Below are positions 32,144 to 40,765 of a stretch of DNA of 58,173 bases, piece by piece. The stretch is from Candidatus Cloacimonadota bacterium (GTDB taxonomy: Bacteria > Cloacimonadota > Cloacimonadia > JGIOTU-2). Position 1 is the stretch's first letter, and every line of letters starts with the position of its first letter. Position numbers and translations under genes: made by a program. The notes under the pieces are model-generated. The model saw only the letters and a list, made by a program, of their open reading frames with translations, had not been told where the DNA came from and made no database searches. The stretch covers positions 1-58,173 of the forward strand of contig DRBZ01000099.1 of NCBI GenBank assembly GCA_011043895.1. Direction: 5' to 3'.

Positions 32144-33673
32144 ATGGCTATTGTTTTGAATGGAAAAGATTTAACCATCGAGAAGGTAGTGCGGATTGCA
32201 CGTCATAATGAAAAAGTTGAAATTCCAAATGAAGCGATTGATCGGGTAAAAAAATGCCGTGAAATGCTTGAAGAAAAGATCGTTGCACATGAGATTATGT
32301 ATGGTGTAAATACTGGAATTGGAGAGTTTTCTGAAGTAGTGCTCGATGATGAGCAGATCGAAGATTTTCAGCGTTATCTAATTTATAATCATGCAGCTGG
32401 CATTGGTGATCCGGCTCCAATCGAATATGTAAGAGGAGCGATGGCTGGAAGAATCAATGTGCTCGTACATGGTAATTCTGGATGTCGACCGGAAATACCA
32501 CTTACTCTTTCTGAGATGCTTAACAAAGGAGTAACTCCTTATGTATGTCAGAAAGGTTCTGTGGGTGCGTGCGGCGATTTGGCTCCTATGTCTCAGATCG
32601 CATTGCTACTTATGGGAGAGGGGAAGGCTTATTATCAAGGTGAACTCCTTGAAGGGAAAGAAGCGCTTGATAGAGCTGGAATTCCCATTCCAGGTCTTAA
32701 AGCTCGTGATGGTCTGGCAGCAATTAATGGATCCAACCTCCTTACTGCTATGAGCGCTATAATGCTGTATGATACTAACCGCTGGCTGAAACAGGCAGAA
32801 ATAGCTGCGGCAATGTCACTCGAGGCTCTAAAAGCTAATATGAAACCATACACTCCACTACTACATGAGATACGTGGATTTAAAGGAGCCATCCGTTGTG
32901 CCAATGCTATCAACAAATGTATACAAGGCGGTGATCTCGCTGAGGGAAGGATCAAATGTAAAGTACAGGATGCCTACTCTATGCGTTCCACGCCACAGGT
33001 CATTGGTGCAGCTCATGATGCACTGGAATATGCACGTTCTCAGGTCGAGATCGAGTTAAACGGAGTTGGAGATAATCCGGTTTTCTTTCCAGACAGAAAA
33101 CTGCAACTTTCAGGTGCGAACTTCCAGGGTTCACCTGTATCTTTACCAATGGATATGATTGGTGCTGCAGTGACAATGGTCTCTGTAATGTCGGAGAGAA
33201 GAATGAACAGATTAAACAATCCGGCACTCAGTGTTGGTTTACCAGCTTTCTTGACCAAAGGTGCAGGTATGTTTTCAGGATTAATGCTTAGCCAGTATAC
33301 TGCTGACATGCAGATCGTAGAACAACGAATCCTTTCGGTCCCTGCCTCAATCCAGTCAATCCCCGCTGCTGCAGATCAGGAAGATTTTGTTTCGATGGGT
33401 ATGAATACTGCGATCAAGAATTTCCAGATCCTTGATAATGCTTATGGAGTTCTTGGTATTGAATTCATGGCAGCAGCTCAAGCACTTGATTTTCGCGAAG
33501 AAGAGTACAGCTTTGGCATAGGTGTTACAAAAGCAAAAGAAGTTATTCGTAAATATGTGGAATTCCTCGATATCGACCGACCCCTCTACCCAGACCACAC
33601 TACAATGAAAGAGCTGGTCAAATCCTGTGAGATATTGGAAGAGGTAGAAACAGTCGTGGGAAGTCTTGAATAG
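32144..33673 (+). CDS. HAL/PAL-family (MIO-type) ammonia-lyase paralog with an Ala-Cys-Gly triad, substrate unknown
   Basis: YGVNTGIG, GSVGACGDLAPMSQ (Cys143, TGC at 32570-32572), AAINGSN, VQDAYSMRSTPQV, GANFQGSP and QEDFVSMG. An agaggag RBS lies 17 nt downstream of the hutH stop. Confidence 0.85.
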   Translation: MAIVLNGKDLTIEKVVRIARHNEKVEIPNEAIDRVKKCREMLEEKIVAHEIMYGVNTGIGEFSEVVLDDEQIEDFQRYLIYNHAAGIGDPAPIEYVRGAMAGRINVLVHGNSGCRPEIPLTLSEMLNKGVTPYVCQKGSVGACGDLAPMSQIALLLMGEGKAYYQGELLEGKEALDRAGIPIPGLKARDGLAAINGSNLLTAMSAIMLYDTNRWLKQAEIAAAMSLEALKANMKPYTPLLHEIRGFKGAIRCANAINKCIQGGDLAEGRIKCKVQDAYSMRSTPQVIGAAHDALEYARSQVEIELNGVGDNPVFFPDRKLQLSGANFQGSPVSLPMDMIGAAVTMVSVMSERRMNRLNNPALSVGLPAFLTKGAGMFSGLMLSQYTADMQIVEQRILSVPASIQSIPAAADQEDFVSMGMNTAIKNFQILDNAYGVLGIEFMAAAQALDFREEEYSFGIGVTKAKEVIRKYVEFLDIDRPLYPDHTTMKELVKSCEILEEVETVVGSLE

Positions 33674-33682
33674 CAACCCTCC

Positions 33683-35830
33683 GTGAAAAATTATTTACTC
33701 CTATTTATACTACTGATTGCCATACTATTGGCTTCTTGCGTTTATTTTAATACTTTTTATAATGCTAAAAGGTATTATGCGGAAGCACTTGAAGCAAAGT
33801 CTCAGAACAAGGGTAAACTTACCTCTAATATAAGAGAAAAATTGGATATCTCAATAGGTAAATGTGCCTATATCATACAGGAATATCCCAAGAGTAAGTG
33901 GGTAGATAATGCTATCCTTCTGATGGGACAATGCTTCTATGAGCAGGGAAATTATATTAAAGCACTGAGAAAATTCCAGGAATACGAAAAATATTACGGC
34001 TCTTATGATCTTTATCCTGTTGCTAAGCTCTATCTTGCCAAAACCCATCTTGAGATGAAAGAATATGATGCTGCAATGAAACAGTTTTCAGCAATATTCA
34101 CTAATCCAAAATTCATTGAAGTCAGAGAGGATGCGTACTTTACTCTAGTCTATTATTATATAGGTAAAAAGAATTTCAAGGATGCAAAGGCGACGGTGCT
34201 TACACTACTTGATTCAGGTTTGAAAAAGAAATCTCATCTCAAAGCAATGTTCCTCTATGCTGAAATCGAGTACTTTAGCGAGGAATATAAAAGCGCAGAG
34301 CGTGCCTTTAGAAATCTTCTTGCTGAGAAACCCCCAAAGAGGATCCGATTGGATGCGATGTATTATATAGGCAAAATTTTACTTTCCACTCACAATTATG
34401 CAGATGCGTTGGTAGTCTTTCAAACACTTGAAAAGACAGAGGTACACTATAATAAGCTTCCGCAGATCAAAATGAATATTGCTATTTGTGAAGCGTATCT
34501 TGGTAACCAGGAAAAAGCTTTTGAGATCTTTGAGACGTTAATCAAAGAAAATGCTGGAAAATCAATAGTATCTGAGATAAACTATTATTGGGCTGATATC
34601 TATTTTTCACTTTTAAATGATTATGAGAAAGCTGAGGAAAAATTCAAAGAGATTTCTATGAAAAACCTCAGTGGAGAGCTCATGAACGAGACAACAAAAA
34701 AGCTGAAGATCACTCAGGAATTCATCAGCTATCATCAAAAACAAAGCACATCACAGATTAACCAGCTTGTAGAATTTCAGTTCCAAATCGCTGAGTATTA
34801 TAATTTCGATCTGAATCTTCCGGATTCAGCACTTTCTATGTATGATAAGATCCTTGGCAGATATCCCCAGATACTCTCTGAGATAGATTCTATAAAAAAC
34901 CTGATATCTATTAATTATCCTGTAAAAGACTCATCTTATGTAACTGATTCTCTCAGTATCGCTGATCCTGCTTTTGTAATAAATGACTCTTTAGGAACCC
35001 AGCTAACTATCGAGGATTCTATAAACTTGCAAATCTCAGACACAACTATCGTCGAAGATAGTATAATCATATCATCAGATACGACCTTTATACTAAAAGA
35101 TAGTTTGCTGGTTACTAACTCAACCCTCATCGATTCGACCATTCAGACAATCCCAGCCAAAGAAACACTTCTTCTTAAAATTGAGAATCTTATGAACGCA
35201 CGGAAGCAATTTGAGAAAGAAATCATTCCTAAGGCACTCTTTATGAAACTCTGGACATACCAGAAAAAGAAATTTGATACTGAGAATGCAGCTGAAGTGC
35301 TGGAATTCTTGGAAAATGATTATCCTAATTCTCAATATACAATCGCGGGAAGAAAGATCATAAATAATGAACCATTTAATTTGATTTCTGCTAAGGAGCA
35401 TTTCGCTCAAGAATATCTTCAAAAAGCGCTGGATTACTATTTTGATTCGATTACTCTCGAACAAAGTTACTCCTATCTGGATACCATACTCACCTCATTT
35501 GATTCTACAGATGTCTATCCTCAAGCATTGTATCTCAAATCTTATCTTCTTTTAAAAGAACAAAACGATACTACCTCTGCAAGACCGTACCTTGAAGAGT
35601 TGTTTACCGATTATCCAGAACACGAACTGAAGATAAATGCTGAATCTTTCTTTGATGGACATACATTTCTCACATATAAGACTGAAAAGACACCAGCAGT
35701 CCCAGACAGTCTCAATGGATTTTTACCAGATAGTACGGTAACAGATACCCTCGAATCACAAAACTTGCAGGTGATACAAGACAGTCTGAAATCAGAAGAA
35801 CCCGATTCTCTTGAAAATGCTGAAATCTGA
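33683..35830 (+). CDS. TPR-repeat lipoprotein, possibly PorW/SprE-like
   Basis: GTG start. Lipobox LLASC is followed by VYFNTFYNAKRYY, then many TPR units and a central D/S/T/I-rich segment. Confidence 0.5.
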   Translation: MKNYLLLFILLIAILLASCVYFNTFYNAKRYYAEALEAKSQNKGKLTSNIREKLDISIGKCAYIIQEYPKSKWVDNAILLMGQCFYEQGNYIKALRKFQEYEKYYGSYDLYPVAKLYLAKTHLEMKEYDAAMKQFSAIFTNPKFIEVREDAYFTLVYYYIGKKNFKDAKATVLTLLDSGLKKKSHLKAMFLYAEIEYFSEEYKSAERAFRNLLAEKPPKRIRLDAMYYIGKILLSTHNYADALVVFQTLEKTEVHYNKLPQIKMNIAICEAYLGNQEKAFEIFETLIKENAGKSIVSEINYYWADIYFSLLNDYEKAEEKFKEISMKNLSGELMNETTKKLKITQEFISYHQKQSTSQINQLVEFQFQIAEYYNFDLNLPDSALSMYDKILGRYPQILSEIDSIKNLISINYPVKDSSYVTDSLSIADPAFVINDSLGTQLTIEDSINLQISDTTIVEDSIIISSDTTFILKDSLLVTNSTLIDSTIQTIPAKETLLLKIENLMNARKQFEKEIIPKALFMKLWTYQKKKFDTENAAEVLEFLENDYPNSQYTIAGRKIINNEPFNLISAKEHFAQEYLQKALDYYFDSITLEQSYSYLDTILTSFDSTDVYPQALYLKSYLLLKEQNDTTSARPYLEELFTDYPEHELKINAESFFDGHTFLTYKTEKTPAVPDSLNGFLPDSTVTDTLESQNLQVIQDSLKSEEPDSLENAEI

Positions 35831-36476
35831 GAAATCACTGTTATTCTGTATTAATCCTTTACTTAAGATCATTTTTATTCTCTTTCAGTCAATTCTAATT
35901 CTCTTTTTTCTTAATCTTCAAATTGGAATTTCGATTCTCATAATCCTAAATTTGATTATTGTAACTGACATTAAGATCATTCCCGCAATCTTTACTACAA
36001 TCCTTCGATTTTCTCCTTTATTGCTTTCAATATTTCTTCTTGGATATATTTTTGGGAATAGCTGGCAAAAAGATGTATATCTTCTGGGTGTTCTAGTAAC
36101 ATTCCTTATATTTTCATTTGTCTTGTTGAAAACAACATCAGCATATTCTTTTTTTTCACAAATCAAGGCAGTATGTGGTAATAAATGCCATAATCTCATT
36201 ATTTTTTTATATGGTATAGTTAGATTTATGCCGATAATATTCCATGAATATACTCATACGTTAACATTCTATCGAACTCGGGTAAATCAGCATTTACGAC
36301 TCTCATCATTCGTTGAACTATTTCCTCTCATTGCAAACCGTGCCCTATTGCGAGTTCGGCAGGTTCACCATTCTATCGATAACCTCATATCCCGACCTGA
36401 ACATTTACGCTTTGGCAAGTATGATCTATTGATCCCTTTACTACTCATAGTACAAACTCTATTGGTATTTATATGA
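35811..36476 (+). CDS. Polytopic membrane protein, EcfT/CbiQ-like (tentative)
   Basis: 221 aa with 4-5 TM helices. The position immediately upstream of and overlapping truA mirrors the ecfT-truA synteny known from Firmicutes. The sequence motif match is weak. Confidence 0.4.
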   Translation: MKMLKSEKSLLFCINPLLKIIFILFQSILILFFLNLQIGISILIILNLIIVTDIKIIPAIFTTILRFSPLLLSIFLLGYIFGNSWQKDVYLLGVLVTFLIFSFVLLKTTSAYSFFSQIKAVCGNKCHNLIIFLYGIVRFMPIIFHEYTHTLTFYRTRVNQHLRLSSFVELFPLIANRALLRVRQVHHSIDNLISRPEHLRFGKYDLLIPLLLIVQTLLVFI

Positions 36477-37207
36477 AGAAATTTCTTATTCAACTCAGTT
36501 ATGATGGTCATTCTTTCCATGGATGGCAGATCCAGAATGATATTGTTACCATTCAATCAGTTATTGAGGAAGCTCTTGAAAAAATATTCAAAACTCAAAT
36601 CCGTATAATTGTTTCAGGCAGAACAGATGCAGGAGTGCATGCTCTCAATCAATATGCTCATTTCGAAGTAAGTACGCGTATGACCTCTGAGAATATTGTT
36701 GCCGCTCTTAATGCGACGATTCCTGATGCGATCTATGTGAAAGGGTGCAAGAATGTTCCAGAAAATTTTCACGCGAGATTTTCTGCAAAAAAACGCACTT
36801 ATCTTTATAAGATAATGAAACAATATTCTCCATTTGAGCGGTTCTATTCATCTTTTTTCCCAGGAACTCTCATAGATATATCAATCCTTGATAAGTTATC
36901 GAAAATTCTTATAGGCACACATGATTTCAAGGTATTTGCCCATGATACCAGTCAACTCAATTCCACACTTTGTACCTTAGAAAAAGCTGAATGGATAGAA
37001 GATGATACACATTACTATTTCTACATCTCAGCTAATAGATTTTTGCACAATATGGTCAGACGTATTGTTGGTACTCTGATTTTTATATGCGACAATCAAC
37101 TTAAGTCGAAGTATCTTGAACAACTTCTACGTGACCAGGATTATACAAAACTGGGAACCACAGCTCCTCCTGAGGGTTTATATCTGTATGATGTTGAGTA
37201 CAATTGA
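36473..37207 (+). CDS. truA: tRNA pseudouridine(38-40) synthase
   Basis: YDGHSFHGWQIQ and the catalytic GRTDAGVHA. The length is 244 aa. Confidence 0.93.
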   Translation: MKKFLIQLSYDGHSFHGWQIQNDIVTIQSVIEEALEKIFKTQIRIIVSGRTDAGVHALNQYAHFEVSTRMTSENIVAALNATIPDAIYVKGCKNVPENFHARFSAKKRTYLYKIMKQYSPFERFYSSFFPGTLIDISILDKLSKILIGTHDFKVFAHDTSQLNSTLCTLEKAEWIEDDTHYYFYISANRFLHNMVRRIVGTLIFICDNQLKSKYLEQLLRDQDYTKLGTTAPPEGLYLYDVEYN

Positions 37208-37316
37208 ATAGAAAATATTGACGTTTCGAGACATAATAAAAATATTTGTAACAGAAAAAAATAGAAAAAAGCGAATAAATAACAAACAATGGTAACCATA
37301 TTCAGTGGAGGCAAGT

Positions 37317-37712
37317 ATGAAAGTTACTCATTTCAATGATGTTCCTTTGGAAGATGTCAATGTAGAAGGTGCAAAAGAAACAAAGATCAGATGGCTAATC
37401 TCTCAAAAGGATAAAGCACCTAATTTTGCAATGCGTATGTTTGAAGTAGAAGCAGGTGGCCACACACCATTTCATTCTCATAACTGGGAACATGAAGCAT
37501 TTGTTTTGCAGGGCAATGGTGTACTTGTCACCGAAGAAGGTGAGACACCTTTCCAGCCCTGGGATGTAATCTATGTAGAGCCGCATCTTAAACACCAATT
37601 CAAGAATACTGACGATACGATAATGCGCTTTCTTTGCGTCGTACCCCATTCATCAGTGCCCAAAAAAGTAACTCAAAATCCATTAGGAGACGGTCCTGTA
37701 AATAATTGTTAA
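37317..37712 (+). CDS. Cupin-domain protein
   Basis: GGHTPFHSHNWEHEAFVLQG and YVEPHLKHQFKN are the two cupin motifs. ATG 37317 follows a ggagg RBS; the track start is 37305. Confidence 0.8.
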   Translation: MKVTHFNDVPLEDVNVEGAKETKIRWLISQKDKAPNFAMRMFEVEAGGHTPFHSHNWEHEAFVLQGNGVLVTEEGETPFQPWDVIYVEPHLKHQFKNTDDTIMRFLCVVPHSSVPKKVTQNPLGDGPVNNC

Positions 37713-38393
37713 ATGAATATTCTTGCATTCGAAACCTCAACGATTTATGAAAGCATAGCCCTTGCCCGAGAAGGAAAAATCTATGCTGAATATACTTTGA
37801 AAACCAGTAAAACACATTCCGAACATCTTCTTCCTACTGTTGACACATTACTTTCTGAAGTTGCCATGCAACGATCCGAGCTGGATGCTATTGCATTTTC
37901 AATCGGACCGGGATCCTTTACTGGATTGCGTATAGGACTCGCTACTGCAAAGGGTTTATGTATGGGTTTAAGCAAACCTCTATATATAGTTTCTACACTG
38001 AAATCTCTTGCAAACAATTGTTCATATTCAGACACTCCGATCTGCTCGGTTATTAATGCCGGACGTAATGAGTTGTATGCTGCAATATTTACTTCAAATC
38101 TGGAAATTGTATCACCACCTTCGCTGTATTCTGCAAAGCAATTATCTAATAATCTTTCTGAAAAGACACTCATAGTCGGAAATATTGATTCAAGAACTAA
38201 AGCAATAATAGAGAAAAAAAATTTAACCAGTTTTGCAAGAGATGTTGATTGTTATCCAAGAGCTTCCTCACTCATCGACCTTGTTGAAAAAGGACAGATG
38301 GACAAGGTCTATACTATGGATCAACTGGCATTAGTTGAGCCAGTTTATATCAGAAAATCTGCAGCTGAAGAAAAATTTAAAAATCAAATATAA
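37713..38393 (+). CDS. tsaB: tRNA threonylcarbamoyladenosine biosynthesis protein TsaB
   Basis: ILAFETST N-terminus and GPGSFTGLRIGLATAKGL. Confidence 0.9.
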   Translation: MNILAFETSTIYESIALAREGKIYAEYTLKTSKTHSEHLLPTVDTLLSEVAMQRSELDAIAFSIGPGSFTGLRIGLATAKGLCMGLSKPLYIVSTLKSLANNCSYSDTPICSVINAGRNELYAAIFTSNLEIVSPPSLYSAKQLSNNLSEKTLIVGNIDSRTKAIIEKKNLTSFARDVDCYPRASSLIDLVEKGQMDKVYTMDQLALVEPVYIRKSAAEEKFKNQI

Positions 38394-38451
38394 AAAATCA
38401 ATTTAGTTTATCCGTTGTCACTCTGTCATGGAATAAACTGTAAGGAGTAGT

Positions 38452-39720
38452 ATGGAAGAAGTACTAGAACTCAAAGAATTACAAAAAATGAGTCTTCCAG
38501 AATTGCAAAAAATTGCGAAAGAACTTGATGTAAAATCACCCAAATCGATGAATAAAGATGATCTGAAATTTGCAATTCTAGATGCACAAGCAGCAAACGA
38601 AGGTTTGGTATTTACCACAGGTGTGATCGACCTAACCCAGGAAGGATATGGATTCCTGAGATCACCGGTATCAAATTATATGAGTGGACCCAGCGACATT
38701 TATGTGTCCAAAGCTCAGGTAAAAAAATTCCACATTAAGCAGGGACATATCATATCCGGTCCTGTACGTTCACCTAAAGAAGATGAAAAGTACTTTGCGC
38801 TTATCCGCATTGATGCCGTGAATGGAGAACCTCCAGAAAGAGCATTGCAGACACCCAACTTTGACTCCCTCACTCCTCTTTTCCCGGATGAGAAATTTGA
38901 TCTGGAAACTACTCCCGATGAACTTTCTACACGAATCATTGACCTATTCACTCCAATAGGTAAGGGTCAAAGAGGATTGATCGTTGCAGCGCCAAGAACA
39001 GGAAAAACTGTGCTGCTCCAGAAAATGGCAAACGCAATCCTCACAAATCACCCGGAAGTCTATGTGATCATTCTTCTCGTTGACGAACGTCCAGAAGAAG
39101 TCACAGAGATGAGAAGAAATGTGAAACCCGAGCATTCTGAAGTTGTGAGTTCCACTTTTGACGAAACTGCACATCATCATGTGCGATTAGCTGAAATGGT
39201 TATGGCAAAAGCAAAAAGAATGGTCGAGTATGGTAAGGATGTTGTCATTCTACTGGATAGCATCACTCGTCTTGCCAGAGCTTATAACACGCTCATGCCT
39301 GCCAGCGGCAAGGTGCTCTCAGGTGGTGTTGATGCTAACGCATTACACAAACCCAAACGCTTTTTTGGTGCGGCTCGTAATACCGAAGAAAGTGGAAGTT
39401 TAACCATAATGGCAACCGCACTTATTCATACTGGAAGTAAGATGGATACTGTTATCTTTGAAGAATTCAAAGGAACCGGTAATATGGAACTCGTATTGGA
39501 TAGATCAATTAGTGATCTACGTATGTATCCCGCTATTGACCTTGTTACTTCAGGAACTCGAAAAGAAGAAAAGTTACTGGCGGATGATGTGCGTAATCGT
39601 GTCTTCATACTGAGAAAGATATTGAAGAATCAATCTCCCTATGATGCGATAGAACTGCTGAAGAACAAAATGAAAGGAACCAAGAACAACAAGCAATTCC
39701 TGAAATTAATGAGCAGTTAA
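38452..39720 (+). CDS. rho: Transcription termination factor Rho
   Basis: N-terminal [10 protein letters not shown] helix, OB-fold GYGFLR, Walker [16 protein letters not shown] and [12 protein letters not shown]. An aaggag RBS is present. Confidence 0.95.
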   Translation: MEEVLELKELQKMSLPELQKIAKELDVKSPKSMNKDDLKFAILDAQAANEGLVFTTGVIDLTQEGYGFLRSPVSNYMSGPSDIYVSKAQVKKFHIKQGHIISGPVRSPKEDEKYFALIRIDAVNGEPPERALQTPNFDSLTPLFPDEKFDLETTPDELSTRIIDLFTPIGKGQRGLIVAAPRTGKTVLLQKMANAILTNHPEVYVIILLVDERPEEVTEMRRNVKPEHSEVVSSTFDETAHHHVRLAEMVMAKAKRMVEYGKDVVILLDSITRLARAYNTLMPASGKVLSGGVDANALHKPKRFFGAARNTEESGSLTIMATALIHTGSKMDTVIFEEFKGTGNMELVLDRSISDLRMYPAIDLVTSGTRKEEKLLADDVRNRVFILRKILKNQSPYDAIELLKNKMKGTKNNKQFLKLMSS

Positions 39721-39730
39721 TTATTTCTAT

Positions 39731-40765
39731 ATGAAGAAGATACTTGGTCTAAGCATTCTCCTCGTTTTGGCATGGACACTAACACTTAGTGCTCAATCTC
39801 TATCGAAAGTATATCGTTATATTGACGATGAGAACTTTGCCGAAGCAACCATCCTGCTCAAAGAGCATTTGAATTCATGTACTGACCCGAAGATTCAGGC
39901 TGAAATATATTACCTGCTTGGTCAATGTGCAGATAATGCAAATGATGCGGTACATAATTACAAAAAGGTGTTGAATATCCCTGACAATAATTATTACGAT
40001 CGGGCGTTGATACACCTTGCCAAGATCGCAATGACCCATCAGGACTGGCTTAAGGCGAAAGAATATTCGGACAAGCTCCTCTCAAAAACTTTCTCACTGT
40101 ATTATTCCGATGCCCTATTTATCAATGCCCAAGCGCATTTCTGTAACAATGAATATTTCCCATCCATCACTGCGTTTAAAGAATTTATCAATATCTCCCT
40201 TGATTCTTCCAGGCGTGAATTAGCTTATCTGAATTGTGGAACAGCATATTATGAGTTACAGCAATACTCAAAAGCCATTGATCAACTCAAGCAACTTCAA
40301 ACAGACAATCCCACCACAAATTTCATGCCCTACGTGCTTTATATGCTTGGATTATGCTATGAGAAGAAAGAAGATTATAAAGAAGCGATAAATTATTATA
40401 AAAAACTGACAAATGACTATCCATATTCCCAATACACACCACTTGCAGAGCAGCAGATTGTTTCACTCATTGAGCTGGGGTATTATTCTTCATCCTTGAC
40501 TACACTACCTCAGATTGAAGAGCTTTTAAACAAAAAATTCATTGTACAACTGGCTGCGTTCGATTCATCTACACAAGCGTATAAATCTAAAGACGAATTT
40601 GAAGGTCTGGGAATCTCTGGTGTATTCATATTTACCAAATCAGTAAATGGAAAAATATATTATGCTCTTGGACTGGGTCCCTACTCGACTGAAGACGAAG
40701 CACAGTTCAAAAAGCTCAAACTCAAAGATCAGGGCATTTCATCTTTCATATATAAAAAACCATAA
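39731..40765 (+). CDS. TPR protein with a C-terminal SPOR (peptidoglycan-binding) domain
   Basis: Signal peptide and TPR units. The last ~75 aa, FIVQLAAF...YYALGLGPYSTEDEA, fit the SPOR pattern. Confidence 0.7.
   Translation: MKKILGLSILLVLAWTLTLSAQSLSKVYRYIDDENFAEATILLKEHLNSCTDPKIQAEIYYLLGQCADNANDAVHNYKKVLNIPDNNYYDRALIHLAKIAMTHQDWLKAKEYSDKLLSKTFSLYYSDALFINAQAHFCNNEYFPSITAFKEFINISLDSSRRELAYLNCGTAYYELQQYSKAIDQLKQLQTDNPTTNFMPYVLYMLGLCYEKKEDYKEAINYYKKLTNDYPYSQYTPLAEQQIVSLIELGYYSSSLTTLPQIEELLNKKFIVQLAAFDSSTQAYKSKDEFEGLGISGVFIFTKSVNGKIYYALGLGPYSTEDEAQFKKLKLKDQGISSFIYKKP

Noticed and set aside
37781-38173. 130-aa minus-strand ORF.
   Set aside because: It lies fully inside tsaB on the opposite strand and has no motif support.
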